40,818 nucleotides of DNA from Craspedostauros australis. Its lineage: Eukaryota. A model generated the notes under the pieces. That model ran no database searches. It worked only from the letters and a program-made list of their open reading frames with translations, and was not told the DNA's origin. This document shows positions 1 through 12,156 of the stretch, piece after piece (the first letter of the stretch is position 1; the number at the start of each line of letters is the position of its first letter). The position numbers and the translations under genes are program-made. The DNA lies in assembly GCA_030167865.1 (NCBI GenBank), contig JALAGF010005611.1, positions 1 through 40,818 of the forward strand, given 5' to 3'.

Positions 1-2923
1 TGACAAAGAGTCGCTCAACATGATCGAGTCATGTTTGTTGGACACCACCATCTCCTCCCTCATGATTGTCATCTGCTTCCGATCTAATCTCGTCAACACG
101 GATGGAATCGACGGCAGTCGCGTCGATAGTGGGAATATCGACATCCCCGATTTGGACTCTTCGGGCACGTTCGGCGCGGTCAATTTAGTTGGCCAGATGC
201 TGCTGTCGATACAGAAGAAGCGACGGGAGCGCTTCCTTCGGTACGTCAATCTGGAGGTCAACAACTTGTCATTGGACAACGTGCACAGCATGCTCAAGCA
301 GCTGTTGGGAATATACAACGATGATGACCACAGTGACGGTGAACACGAGAGCAACAGAAACGACAGCAGCTACGGACTGGCAGAAATCGTCTTCAAGAAG
401 ACCGATGGCAACGTCTTCTTCGTCCAACAGTTCATCCGGATGCTCGTCAAGGACAAACTCCTAGCATACAACATCACGTCGATGAAGTGGGTGTGGGATA
501 ACGATCAGATCAAGCAGAAGACTCCAGCAACCATCAATGTGGCGGAGCTGATGGAACTGAAGCTGCAGCAGATCGACACGGCGCAGTACCTGCTGCCCTT
601 GGCCGCATGTTTGGGATCCACGTTTTCGTGGCTGCTGTTGCGGACAGTGCTGGAAGGGTTCGCAGAGGACGATGAAACAAGCGAAGTGGGTCATCGAGCT
701 CTGTACGAGTCTTTGTTTGGTGGACCGCCGCCATCAAGCGAAGCTGAATGGTTGGATATCCTGGAGACCTATGAAGACGAAGGACTGATCGAATCTCATG
801 CCGATAGCGGCAGCAGCAGTGGCTCTACTGACGAGTCCGCACCACCCGCGGCATCGCCAACACCAGCGTCCGCTGCATCGGCGTACTCCTTCATTCATGA
901 CAAGGTACAGGAGGCGGCATTGGGGATGATTTCTTCCAAAATGCACCTTCTGGAGCTGCAGCATCGCATCGGACTTATCTTAATGCATCGGTTGTCGCCG
1001 AATGACTTTGAGTCGTCGTTGTTCGTGGTGGCAAATCTTCTCAATGCCCGTCTGGATATGATCCCGCAGTATCCATCATCGTTACCAACGACGCCAAAGG
1101 CAAATGCCATCGATGTCATCGATGTCGCGCAAACGGTACGCTTCCGGATTGCAAAGCTCAATCTCGATGCTGGCATCGTTGCTGCATCTCACTCGGCCTT
1201 CCGAGCAGCCTTCAAATACTTCCAAAACGCCATCGACATGATGCCGCACAACCACTGGAAGTCGCATTACGACATGAGTCTCCAACTGTTCACGTCAGCC
1301 ACGGAGTGCGCTTACGCGAGCAACAAGTACGAGATGATGCAGAAGTATGGTCGCGTGGTGATCGAGCGAGAGAACTGCCCTCTTATCGACAAGATGAGGG
1401 TGTATCACGTGCTCATGGATGGGGAGGTGGCGATGCTGCAGCGTACCAAACAGAGCGATGTGATGAAGCTAGGCACCGAAGTGATGGCGCAGCTTGGGTA
1501 TCGGTATCCCAAGAACAATATCATGAGGCTGCTGATCGTCGTCAGAGGGATGCTCAAGCTGAAGGCATCCGCAAAGAAATGGACGATCGAATATTTGGAC
1601 TCGATGCAACCAATAGAAGATCCGATGGACGAGCTCATTCTGAAAACCATCGACAAGTACGGGTGGACCGCATCTGTTTGTGATCGAGACTTGCATCTAT
1701 TGATCACAATCGATGGCGTCAACGACGCACTGACGAAAGGGAGATGCAATATCACTCCAGCTGCTCTGGCAAGTCTTGCGATGGTAATAGGTCCCATTCT
1801 GGGAGATTGGGATTCTGCAAGGTTGTATACCGACTATGCACTCAAAATGCACCTCACAATGAACGATAAAGCATCAGCAACCCGGACTACGCTTATTTCG
1901 TACGGCATGGTATTGAACAATATCGTCCCATACGAGAGCTGCAAGCAACCATTGCTGGACGTCTATTCGGGAGGTATGGCTGCAGGAGACGTTTACGCTG
2001 CGATGTGCGTCGTCGTCTTCTACCTCGACCTGTGCTTTCTCACAGCCAAGCCGTTGGAAGGCTTGGATGCAGACTTCTCGAGATGGAAGAAAGTGTGCGA
2101 AGACTTTCATCAGCACAAGATTTCTGAACGGCTGTCCACCAGGTGGCAAATGGTGTTGACTCTGAGAGAACAATCTGATGGACGGGTCGTCCTCGTCGGT
2201 GACGCATATGATGAAATCGCGGTCATGCAACGCATCGAAGAGACCAATGACGTACCACTGGAAATGGAAATGCTTCTCACGAAACTTTTCGCTGCAGTGT
2301 ACATCGGAGATTACCATGGAGCTGCCGAGACGGCTTTGGGAAACTACGATGCCCGAGTCAAAGGGCTGCCTTCCTACATCATGACGATGCCGTACATATT
2401 CTTCTCCTCTTTTTCAGCAACGATTACTTGCTACCAAGATACGCACCTCACAAGGTCCAAGCGCAACAAGATCAAGCGGTTGGCCCAGCGATCCGGCAAG
2501 GCACTCCAAGCTGCCGTGGACGGAGGCAACCCGAACGCGGTGCATTTCCTTGCCATCCTCACTGCGGAGAGGGCTGCATGGAAGGCGCACAAGAAGCGAC
2601 GCCAAGGAGGCGCGTTCCAAGCCGCCACCAAGCTGTACCAGGATGCCATTCTGCTCTGTGCGCGGACAGGATTCCCTCAGAATCAAGCGCTGGCAAATGA
2701 ACGACTGGCCGAGCACATGCTGTTGGAACACGACACGGAAGGCGCGTCGTACCATCTTGACGAGGCAATTCGATTGTACGCGGAATGGGGTGCGGGCAGG
2801 GTGAAATCGCTGCGGGAGCGTCGCGAGCGCATTCGCCAAACAAGTGCGAGTGCTGGCACTTGCAAACAAGCTACCACAGAGTATACTCGCAGAAGAAGAA
2901 TTGTGCGCAAGTCTGATGGCTGA
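1..2923 (+). CDS. COG3899-type predicted ATPase (AAA_16/STAND-like NTPase followed by a TPR-like helical region), 5'-truncated by the window edge
   Basis: The frame is open from base 2 (D-K-E-S-L-N-M), which fits the end of the family's DDLQWAD Walker B region, so the gene starts upstream. Motifs: KTDGNVFFVQQF (GxP-like), YSFIHDKVQEAA (HD motif), LNLDAG..A...SAF..A..YF, QALANERLAEH and AIRLYAEWGA. Stop TGA at 2921-2923. Confidence 0.8.
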   Translation, partial: DKESLNMIESCLLDTTISSLMIVICFRSNLVNTDGIDGSRVDSGNIDIPDLDSSGTFGAVNLVGQMLLSIQKKRRERFLRYVNLEVNNLSLDNVHSMLKQLLGIYNDDDHSDGEHESNRNDSSYGLAEIVFKKTDGNVFFVQQFIRMLVKDKLLAYNITSMKWVWDNDQIKQKTPATINVAELMELKLQQIDTAQYLLPLAACLGSTFSWLLLRTVLEGFAEDDETSEVGHRALYESLFGGPPPSSEAEWLDILETYEDEGLIESHADSGSSSGSTDESAPPAASPTPASAASAYSFIHDKVQEAALGMISSKMHLLELQHRIGLILMHRLSPNDFESSLFVVANLLNARLDMIPQYPSSLPTTPKANAIDVIDVAQTVRFRIAKLNLDAGIVAASHSAFRAAFKYFQNAIDMMPHNHWKSHYDMSLQLFTSATECAYASNKYEMMQKYGRVVIERENCPLIDKMRVYHVLMDGEVAMLQRTKQSDVMKLGTEVMAQLGYRYPKNNIMRLLIVVRGMLKLKASAKKWTIEYLDSMQPIEDPMDELILKTIDKYGWTASVCDRDLHLLITIDGVNDALTKGRCNITPAALASLAMVIGPILGDWDSARLYTDYALKMHLTMNDKASATRTTLISYGMVLNNIVPYESCKQPLLDVYSGGMAAGDVYAAMCVVVFYLDLCFLTAKPLEGLDADFSRWKKVCEDFHQHKISERLSTRWQMVLTLREQSDGRVVLVGDAYDEIAVMQRIEETNDVPLEMEMLLTKLFAAVYIGDYHGAAETALGNYDARVKGLPSYIMTMPYIFFSSFSATITCYQDTHLTRSKRNKIKRLAQRSGKALQAAVDGGNPNAVHFLAILTAERAAWKAHKKRRQGGAFQAATKLYQDAILLCARTGFPQNQALANERLAEHMLLEHDTEGASYHLDEAIRLYAEWGAGRVKSLRERRERIRQTSASAGTCKQATTEYTRRRRIVRKSDG

Positions 2924-3083
2924 TGTGACTGTATCTATTCATGTAGGTGGCAGAGATCCTGCCTTGACACTCTAGATTCGATTTGGCCTATTTGATCCAG
3001 GCCAACCTACCTTAACGGTTTCGTTCTATCTGATGCTTCGCGGCTGGATGCAGGCTCTGCTTACGAGTACCAGGAGCGCACCT

Positions 3084-5271
3084 CTACTTGATTGACGTCT
3101 TCGAACATACCCCATCCCGTAATTCGATGATGTCGTGACGACCTTGCGTCTTCGTAATTTCCATCGCTGCTTTGCCGCTCCTATTCCTGATCCCCATGGC
3201 AGTCGCCACCTTTTTCTGTTTTGTCGACGCCTCCAGCACTCTCAGCACCTTCAACTGGCTCTCTGTACATGCCTTGTGCCATGCAGTGTCACCATCGCGA
3301 TTTTGAATTGTCGTGTCCATTCCCTTCGACTTGAGAAAGCCCCTGGTCATTGTGGCATCGCCTTTGCTGGCCGCGTGATGCAACGGAGCGTCGCCAATAT
3401 TGTTCTGGATATTGACGATTGGTAGTCCTGATACAATCAAGCGATGCATCGCGTCCCCTTGCTGGATGGCCCAAACTTGATCCAAGTGCTGGTGGGACAC
3501 GATCTCCTTTCGGATGAGGTTGTAGCGATTGGTGAAGATCGCTTTTCACACGTCGGCAAGGACGGGCAATGGCGGGTAGAAAGGTGTAACGGAGCGCTGC
3601 CGTCTTCGTTTTGGATGGTCAGATCAAGCCTAGTTTCGTGCGATCGAAGGAAACGCTCGACCTTGCACCTTGACCAGTTTTCGCACAGAAGATGAGACGG
3701 CGTGTTGCCTTGGTTGTCCTGTGCATTGATGTCTACCTCTGGTCGATGCGATTCGAGCAATGCTTGCGCGGCGGCGGTATTTTGGTTCGTGCACGCGAGG
3801 TGAAGCGCCGTTGCACCTTTGTTGTTTCGAATGCTTGCATCAAGCACAGCGAACTTGGACCGAAGAAGTCATGGCACCGCGCAGTCGTCCTGAGACTTGG
3901 CGGCAGAGTGGAGCGCCGTGTTTCCATCGGCGTTTCGAATTGTTGCATCAAGGATGCCCACAGTCAACTTCATCAACACAGCATTACGGAAGCCACGATG
4001 AGGGTTGGCCATCGCCAGATGGAGCGGTGTGTATCCATCCTGTCTTTGGAGATTCAGAGCAGTATTGCTTTCTTCGCCAGATGAATCCAGAAGGTACTCG
4101 AGCAATTGTGTATCAGTCAAGGTGCTTGCGATGTGGAATGGTGAGTTGCCTTCTCCATCTTTCGTGCAGAGGTCCATGTTGACTCGTTCCAACTCCATGA
4201 GATATAATACTTGAGAAGCGTTGCGCGATTACATCGGCAGGCCATTTGAAATGTTGAATCGCCGTCGTTGTTGTCGATGCTGAGCGCATGGTTGATCTGC
4301 CTCATCGCTAACGGGCCTCCAATCCATGCCACGGAACCCATTCGGCATGCGCGGTGAATGGTGATGTCGATGCTTGGGTCGAGTTCGGCTAAATACGATG
4401 CAACGGAGGCATCCCAGCTGGAACATGCAAGATGGAATGGTGTTTCGCCCGACCTGTTCCTTCTGTTCAGATCGACTCGCACCTTGCCTGACTCCATCAT
4501 GAGCTTGACTATGTCTCAGGGAGTCTTCTATCAGGCGGCATAGAAGGGCGTGTTGCTTTCAATTGTCGCAAATGCCGAAATCAATCTTCAGCTGGTCGTC
4601 GGTTTGAAACAAGAGGCCCGTCGCTTTGCCGTTTTTTTTTACCCGCGAGCGCAAGTAAACAATGTGGAACGGCGTTCGCCCCTGATTGTCTTGGATGTTG
4701 AGATCGATCCTGGAGCGGAGCTTGGAATGATTAGAGCTGATCAAACATTCCATGAATTCCAAGTTGCAGCGCTGGAATGCATGATGGAGCGGGGTCATTC
4801 CTTCACCATCCTTCGCATCTGCATCAATGTTGGCTTGACTTGAATTGATCGTGTACTCGATCAGCTTGATGAAACCCTCGGAGCTTTTGCATGCAATATG
4901 GAATGCTGTGCTGCCCGCTCCATTCTCGTGTTTCGCATTGACATCGATGTCGGTATCGGTCGATTCCACCAAATAGTCCACGATGTCGCTGTGCGGGCGG
5001 ATGCAAGCGTGATGGAAAGAAAGTGTTCCCCTGCTCCTCTTTTGCAGCGATGTCAGGATGCGCTCGATTCGATTCGAAGAGGTACTTGAACACATGAACG
5101 TGTCCGTCGCGGCAGGCCACCATGAGCGGCGTCCACCCGCGTGAATGCTGCTCATCGACGTTCACAAGCACGTGGTCTGATTCGACCACGTGCTTGACGA
5201 TGGGGAGGTATCCCTTGGAACATGCCCTGTGGAACGTATAGTGTCGAGTATGTTGACTGCTTGCCGCGCAT
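3084..5271 (-). pseudogene. Degenerate ankyrin-repeat protein gene (multiple frameshifts and in-frame stops)
   Basis: Consecutive ANK motifs (GWTPLMVAC, GSTAFHIAC, GMTPLHHA, GETPFHLAC, GYTPLHLA, GATALHLAC, GDAPLHHAA) are spread over at least 6 ORF fragments in different frames. Stops: TGA 4559-4561, TGA 4531-4533, TAG 4528-4530, TGA 4516-4518, TGA 3869-3871. Frame changes near 5020, 4558, 4200 and 3490-3570. The 5' boundary is approximate. Confidence 0.85.
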
Positions 5272-6089
5272 CGCCTGGAGAGGTGGATTGATATGAATGT
5301 TGCGAGAGGCCGGGTTGGCGGATGGAAAGGCGAGGGAGGGATTGGATTGCGCGGTTGAACCATTTTAGCCGGACGCGCCATACGAGCAAGATGATCAAAG
5401 ATTGGTTTCATCTGTCATTCTGCAAGTCAAAGGACGCGTGTCTGCGGATAGAACAACTTGCGTGCTCAGCTCTACTCTGCTCTGCTCTCCTCTCCTCCAT
5501 GAAGAGTTCAGAATCATTGAAATACGACCCACCATGCAGTCGGAGGGCATGGAAGCCTCGACCATTTCATGTTGCTGCCGAAGGGACAAGCGCGTGGGCA
5601 GACACGAACGAAACTGTTTGGACATGGCTGCGCTTCTGTACTTCTCACGACCATGGAGTGGTCTCTATCTCCACCTCTATCCATTGATTCAGATGCAGAT
5701 CGTAGATACAGGTGCGGTTCGTGGTTCTCTTGGTTCATGTGACCTTGTCTCGTCCGTTCGTGTGGCCTCTCATCTTGTGGTCGGCGTTTCCTTCTCTTGT
5801 TTCGTTTCGAGACGATTTTGTTCTTGTTGTGTTGCGAAATGTGAAGAGTCGTGTCAGCACCACTCGACATGATTGGCCCGCTATACACGACTTACACCGT
5901 TTGAGTTCGTCCATCCATGGCACACACAACGATGGTGTCACTGAGTCGTGCGATTGATGTTTGTTCTCTAGATACAATCAATAGATTGACAGCGACACAC
6001 GACTGAAGATGGACACGCAAACGTGATTTTGCGCTTCTCAACGCGCCGCCTCAAACGTGCTTCAAGCGCAAGATTGACACTCGCTTCTC

Positions 6090-6183
6090 ATTGGCTGCGA
6101 ACATCATCGAAGTCCTCAAACATGCGCGCTGTGATTGGCTGACGATGTCGCTTCCGAACCGGCCGATCAACGTGGCCAATCAG
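6090..6183. promoter_or_regulatory. Cluster of three CCAAT boxes (possible promoter)
   Basis: ATTGG at 6090-6094, ATTGG at 6134-6138 (followed by TGACG) and CCAAT at 6176-6180. All share a (C)AGCCAAT/GGCCAAT-like context and lie between divergently oriented genes. Confidence 0.3.
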
Positions 6184-7354
6184 AACCGTTCAACGGCCTG
6201 TCGATGGAGCACGTTTGAAATCGTATGCAGTTGCGACACGAAGACGGAAAGCGCAGATTTGACAGACTCCACGTAGATTGCAGTAGTCCTTCTACGTGGA
6301 TGGAGGCGTTGTTCTTTTGCGTGGTTGCGTGGTTGGTGAGGAAGGGGTTTGTAAATCGTGCGAAAACAACGGGTGGAGTTTTGCGGCACCGAAGCACGAG
6401 AACACGTGTAGCACCTCGTGAAGAAGGAGGAATTTGCCCCCCAAACGTACATGGTAGGATTTGTCTGTTTCTGTTTCTGTGCTGCGTGTTGCGTGGGTGA
6501 CAGCGTGTTCGTTGTTACTGTTGTGTTCGTTGTCGGCGACAGAAGCTGATCCCGTGGGTGTGTTTGTGTGCGATTCGCAATCGCGCTCACGCTCGCGGGC
6601 AAACAAGGACACCAACAACAGCACACGCGCAATTTGATGAAAGTCAACGATGGCGACGGGAAACAAAAGTGCCAAACCCTGCGCAGGACTTCTCGTTTTT
6701 TGGCGCCTTGTGATTGCGACGTCCTCCAAACGCGCACTCGCTTTGCTCACAAGAGAGAGAGAGAGCGCTGGTGGGCTGTGGACAACTCGATTGATTGATT
6801 GGACGATCCTGATTGCGAACGTGAGGCCAAACCTGAGCACAAGGAGAGCCCCAGCGAAATTGACCAGCATCAAGGATCTCCCTCTTCTCGTTTCGAGGAA
6901 GGCGCAAAGTCGCAACAAGCGGAGCAACAAAAGCCGGAACAGAGACATCGACCTCTTGCATCTTGCTGCTCTGCAATCTCGGAAGGCCAGCAGTTGACGG
7001 AACCACAAGTCTGCGCACATCGGCCAGCACAGAGACAGCCATCACACCATCGGAACTGCCCCTCGCTCCATCCCCCTTGCCTCCTCTTCCCATAAACCCA
7101 GCTCGGACCATAGCCACCAACTCACACCCAGCAACGCCCCAAAGGCATTTACGAACGACATTCGCATAGACAGGAACCAGGAGACTAGACAGAGAAAGCG
7201 AGAGAGCAACGATGGTTGCCCTCAAGCTTTAATTCGTCTGGACGCCAGGACCGTCGAAGTGTAGCAATTCATACAAAGCTAACCTTGTAATTGAATTCAC
7301 AACAGAGAAGTAACCACTAGTTACCAAGCAACAACAACAACAACAAGTTCCGAG

Positions 7355-9689
7355 ATGACACCCTTTACCACCAATCAACGAAAGCAACAACAGCAACAAG
7401 ACCAACACAAAGAACGACAACATCGCCAACAGACGCACGCATCTGAAACACGCACCCACCTGTGCGGCCAGCGTCAACCTGAACACAAGCAGAAGCAGAA
7501 GCACCAAAATGAAGAACCAACTGCGCACAGCAGCGTCAACGTCGCCGAGCTTCGGCGAACTCTCGACGCTTGCCTCCAGTGGAGTGACTTGAGTGGGCCT
7601 TGCCACACTCACAACATCCCCCACAACAGCACCACCAGCAGAAGCGACGAGCCAACCGCCAACGACCCTGACGAGCACGATGCAGCAGAGGACAGCATCG
7701 AGCACTTCGTGGGAGTCGCATTTCACTGCGAGCAGCATCAGCCTGCCCACCAATCCTCTTCCCCGGCCGTCGCCGCCGCCCCCACAACGAGGTGGAACAC
7801 CGCACTTGACATCCTGCGACGGCTGCCACACACGCCCTCCAACCACCAAGCACGATGGTCGCAGCAGAACGATCCTCTGGGGCGGCTCCTCATCTGCCAG
7901 CTTCTGGCGAAGAATCCTCCACTGGAGATCATCGAGGAGGCCATGGACACCTTCCCGGACAGCCTGCGATGCAACCCAGGCGCATTCTTCACGGCTTGCC
8001 GAGATGCTTCCCCCGACGTCCTGGCTTTCCTCATTCAGTACGAATCAGCCGGATGCTGTGACTCCTCCGCGTGTCCCTACCCCTGGATCCTTTCCGACAA
8101 CGTCTCAGTTGAAAACGCGAAGGTCATCGTCGAGGCTTGTCCCGAGGGCATCCTCATGCCATCGCGGTACCTCGACGACTGCAGTCCGTTGGATTACGTC
8201 CTCATGTCAGATGAAATGATCCAGCAGCGCACGGTCGACGTCACCCTCTGGAACAAGTTTAAGCTATTCCTCGTCGTCGCCCAGTGCCTGAGGACTGCTC
8301 AGCGACGCACCCCCACTTCGGCATCGCCCGCATCGCATCCATCAGGATCCTCGCAGGCCGACACGGCAGCACCAACAACTAACGCCCCAAAGAGTGACGC
8401 GCCAGCGATCCTCCACAGGAGCAAGCACCCAATGCCAGTCCTTCTGGATCTGATTCTGTCTCGTTCTGGAGGTAAGTTTCATTCCTTTGTCGCAAACGGC
8501 ATGATTCAGTTGTCCGGATGGCAGCCAGCCTTGCTCTCTCTCTCTCTCTGTCATCTTCGCCCTGTCCAATCTTTCCGCAGAACATACTCAAACGTGCAAA
8601 TATCCACATTCATCTTCCACAAATATCGCAAATCAACATGTTGGTTCCGACTCTCAACAATCCAACTCGGAACGGACCGACATATCAAATGATTCGCATG
8701 ATTTTGGGAATTTAATGACGATGCGCTGCGTCCTTCATCCATGTTCCTTCGTATGTAACATCGGCTCGTACATATCATCAATACGCGATGCTGTGCGGTG
8801 ATATTGACTGATCACGACGATGGCAACGATATCATGCCACTGCCCTATCATTTCTTGCCACCGAGCAGAGATCTTTGGCAACGAACAGAAGGCTCAGCAC
8901 ATCCTTTGGATCTTGCACCAGCTCCGATGGACGGACGAATGGTTGTTCCAGCAGCAGTGCTGCGACAGGACCAACACATTCCCCATCCACCATGTCCTTC
9001 TCACCAAGTGCCACGCCCGTGGCATGAGGGGGCTCTGCGCCGCACGCGAGCTCGTCAAGGTCATCCTCGAGGCTGACCCAGAATCCGCAAGCAAGAAGGT
9101 CTGCGGCCGCTTCGCACTCCACATGGCTTTGGAGAATGGCTGGCCATGCCACGACCTCCTTTTGGCTGCGCACCCTGACGCGCTGAACCAGCCAGATCCC
9201 AAGTCGGGCCTCTTCCCGTTCCAGACCGCAGCCCTCTACGACTGGTGTCGTGGAGTGCAGCCACAGATGGACGACTCTTCCGAAGACAGCAGCAGCATCT
9301 ACGTCGACGACGACATGTTCGACGAGATTGATGACGACAGTGATGAAAACATTGTCGTTGTCGATTTCGTCGGTTATGCCGGCTTCGAAGCAGATGCTGA
9401 CGTTGACGATGAGGATGAGCACCTACCCGTGACGTACGGAGCGGATTTCGACATGGGCGAGTCATGGATGGAGTCCGACGACGAGGACGACTTCGATGAC
9501 GACAGCGTCGCAAGCAACTACGACGACAATGATCACAGCATCAACGATGCCCCCGTGGTCAATGCCAACCCATTCGGACAGCTCGACATCGCCTTCGAAC
9601 TGCTGCGTGCCAACCCTCAACATGCATTCGCCATGCGCGCGGATGACAGACCACCAATGGGCGGCACGCAAGTCGGAGTGCGAAGTTAA
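7355..9689 (+). CDS. Hypothetical protein, two exons (7355-8471, 8869-9689), with degenerate ankyrin-like helical repeats and an acidic tract
   Basis: Donor G|GTAAGT at 8472 and acceptor GCAG|AG at 8868 join ORFs 7355+ and 8820+ in frame (…SRSG-E-IFGNEQ…). Motifs LLAKNPPLEII…FPDSL, ALHMALENG, PDPKSGLFPFQTAA and IAFELLRANP resemble a diatom-typical degenerate ANK-like family. Confidence 0.75.
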
Positions 9690-10456
9690 GCCATCGAACT
9701 AACACACCCCATCGCACCAAGAAGACGACCACGCACATGCGCACACCCCGATCAGACCGAAACGACGAACTCGACCACGCAAGTGGCACAACACCGCTAT
9801 TAAAAGTACCAATATCACGTGCATGTATGCAAAACCAAACACATCCCTGCCGACAACACGCAACATCCATCTCACCGTGTCGAAAGCCACATCGAAGCAA
9901 ACGGATCGCAACGAAATGAAATGAAACAGAGCCATTCCAAAATACAAACACATGCACGCCCATACAGACGGACGACCATTTTGGAAAGCAACAACACAAA
10001 GACAAGATCCGTTCAGTCGTCGCGCGCGAGATGAAGGTAAGTACAACTCAGCCCCCGGACCAAAAGAAGCAGATATCGAGTACTCGTGGCAAGACAATGC
10101 CGTGTGACACAGCCAAGGAGCAGTTGGAGACGAAGTGTTTGAAGGAGGAAGACGAAGAGGAGTTTGACTGACATCAACAGTGTTTCCATTGTAGGCTATT
10201 CTGTGATAGTAACGTTAGAGTAGAGCATTTCATTCTGCACGCAGAATGTGTTTTGTGGACCTTTTGCGGACAACCCAACACTACAAATCGGCGATCCGCT
10301 TCTGCCGGATCTCCCTTGCGACGACACAGACAGCACGTGCCTTTGGTGTCATCCACCCTGCTGGAGTTACTTTCGTGGCAGCACCGCAAACGAGAGCATG
10401 GCATGCGCAGCCGTTCGTCAATGCAGAACGCAATGCGAGCAATCTGGATGGCTTCA

Positions 10457-11641
10457 TCAAAGACTGGAGAGCGGAATTTGGAGACCGCCGACGATACCGC
10501 CATCCACGTTGAGGATGACGCCAGTGCACCAAGAGCCAGCACGAGATCCGAAGTAAAGACAGGCTCCTGCCATATCGTCCTCGTTTCCCATCCTCCCCAA
10601 CGGGATGGACGACGCCACCTTCGCCTCATCGGGGCCCCACGATTTCAATCCGGCTGACATGCGAGACGGCACGAAACCTGGGGCTACACAATTGACGGTG
10701 ATATGCTTGGGGGCGAAATCTGCCGCGAATTTGCGAGTGAGCTGATGCACCGCTGCCTTTGAAATGTCGTACGCATGGGTCGGTGCCTCCTGCGACACTA
10801 TCCCGACCACGCTGCCGATGTTGATGATCCTAGCGGGATCGTTGGACGATCCTGCCGCTTCCAACATCGGGAGGCAGGATCGTGTGAGGTAGAACATGCC
10901 CTTCACGTTCTGTTTGAATCGGCATGTGTGCCGTCGTTGTCGTCGTTGTTGCAATCCAGAAGAATCGTTCAGTGTGCATTGATTATGTGTTGTTCACGCG
11001 ATGTATTGCGTATTGCACGGTCGCAGTGTGACGGCAGTTTGGATGGATAGCAATTCAAATTCAACAACGCAATCGAAGAGAAAGAGAATGACGACTTGCA
11101 TGATGAGATGAAGTTCTGCGGTTGCACCGGTGATGACGGTGATGGCATCATGGTCGATTGCCACACAAAAGATAAGTCCATGATTCGCTCTTCTGTCAGA
11201 ACAGACATTCTACCACACTCCACCGCATCACATCACGTGATACACCACATCATATGACACGGCGACACTCACCAGATCCAACACCTTATCCATGCCCCAA
11301 TTCGTTCTCGATTTGCGTTCCAACGGCTCGCCCCACGAAGTGCCTGCATTGTTGACGAGGATGTCCAATCGATTGTTGAAGACGGACGCAACATGCTCGG
11401 TCAGCTCGTCGCATCCCTCTCGTGTGCTGACGTTGGATGCCACGAAGTGCGGGCAGTTGATCGTGGCTGCGGCCGCGGAGCATGCTTTCTCATCGCGGCT
11501 GGTGATGAGCACGTTGGCACCGGCATTGACAAAGCCCTTGGCGATCATGAGGCCGACTCCTCTCGAACCGCCCGTCACGAGCACGTTCTTTCCGCTGACG
11601 GAGAACAGCGACCCGATGCTCGATGATGCTGCAGCGGACAT
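10457..11641 (-). CDS. Short-chain dehydrogenase/reductase (classical SDR; RhlG/FabG-like), two exons (11641-11273, 10909-10457), about 273 aa
   Basis: Motifs TGGSRGVG (Rossmann), NNAG, catalytic YDISK and C-terminal TGVILNVDGG. A phase-0 intron (GTGAG at 11272 … CAG at 10910) gives the spliced sequence DKVLDL|NVKGMF. Confidence 0.92.
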
Positions 11642-12156
11642 GATTGATCAATTGGTGGGGACTGGGCGGATATGACGTTGATGAGTGTCAGTGTGGTCGA
11701 GTCGCTGACATGGGTCGTATGGGATCAATGAATGTTAGAGTCGCGCCGTCACGTTTCAAGAAATGAAGATGCTGCTCTTGTTGTTGGTGTGTGTGTTGCC
11801 TCTGTTCTTGTGTGTTCACGCTCTTCGTCTCTTCTTGGCTCTTTCTCCACGCTCATGTCGGATAGGTATCTTTTGACCAATTCGATTCCATCAGCCCGAA
11901 CCGAGAAACGATCCTCGATGATGTGCACCACTTGATGCCAACACACCATGCGCCGCATGCCACGCATCAAAGCTGCTGTTCTGGTCTGTCCATGACAATT
12001 CGAAGTCGCAATCCGAATCGCTGGGACCGAACGACAACAAACAGAGAGGTAACACTCCGAAGCATTATATTATACTCTCATCCACTCTCTCTCTCTCTCT
12101 CTCATTGTATATCTGGAGAGACATTACTCTATATACTTCAGGGTACAACGTTTTCC

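Noticed and set aside
2949..3005. Short hairpins after the ATPase stop (GGCAG/CTGCC, TTGGCCT/AGGCCAA)
   Set aside because: Short stems expected by chance; no U-tract, and bacterial terminators are not relevant in this nuclear context.
5400..7350. Several 100-240 aa ORFs between the ankyrin pseudogene and the 7355 gene
   Set aside because: No motifs, mostly non-ATG starts and simple-repeat-derived translations.
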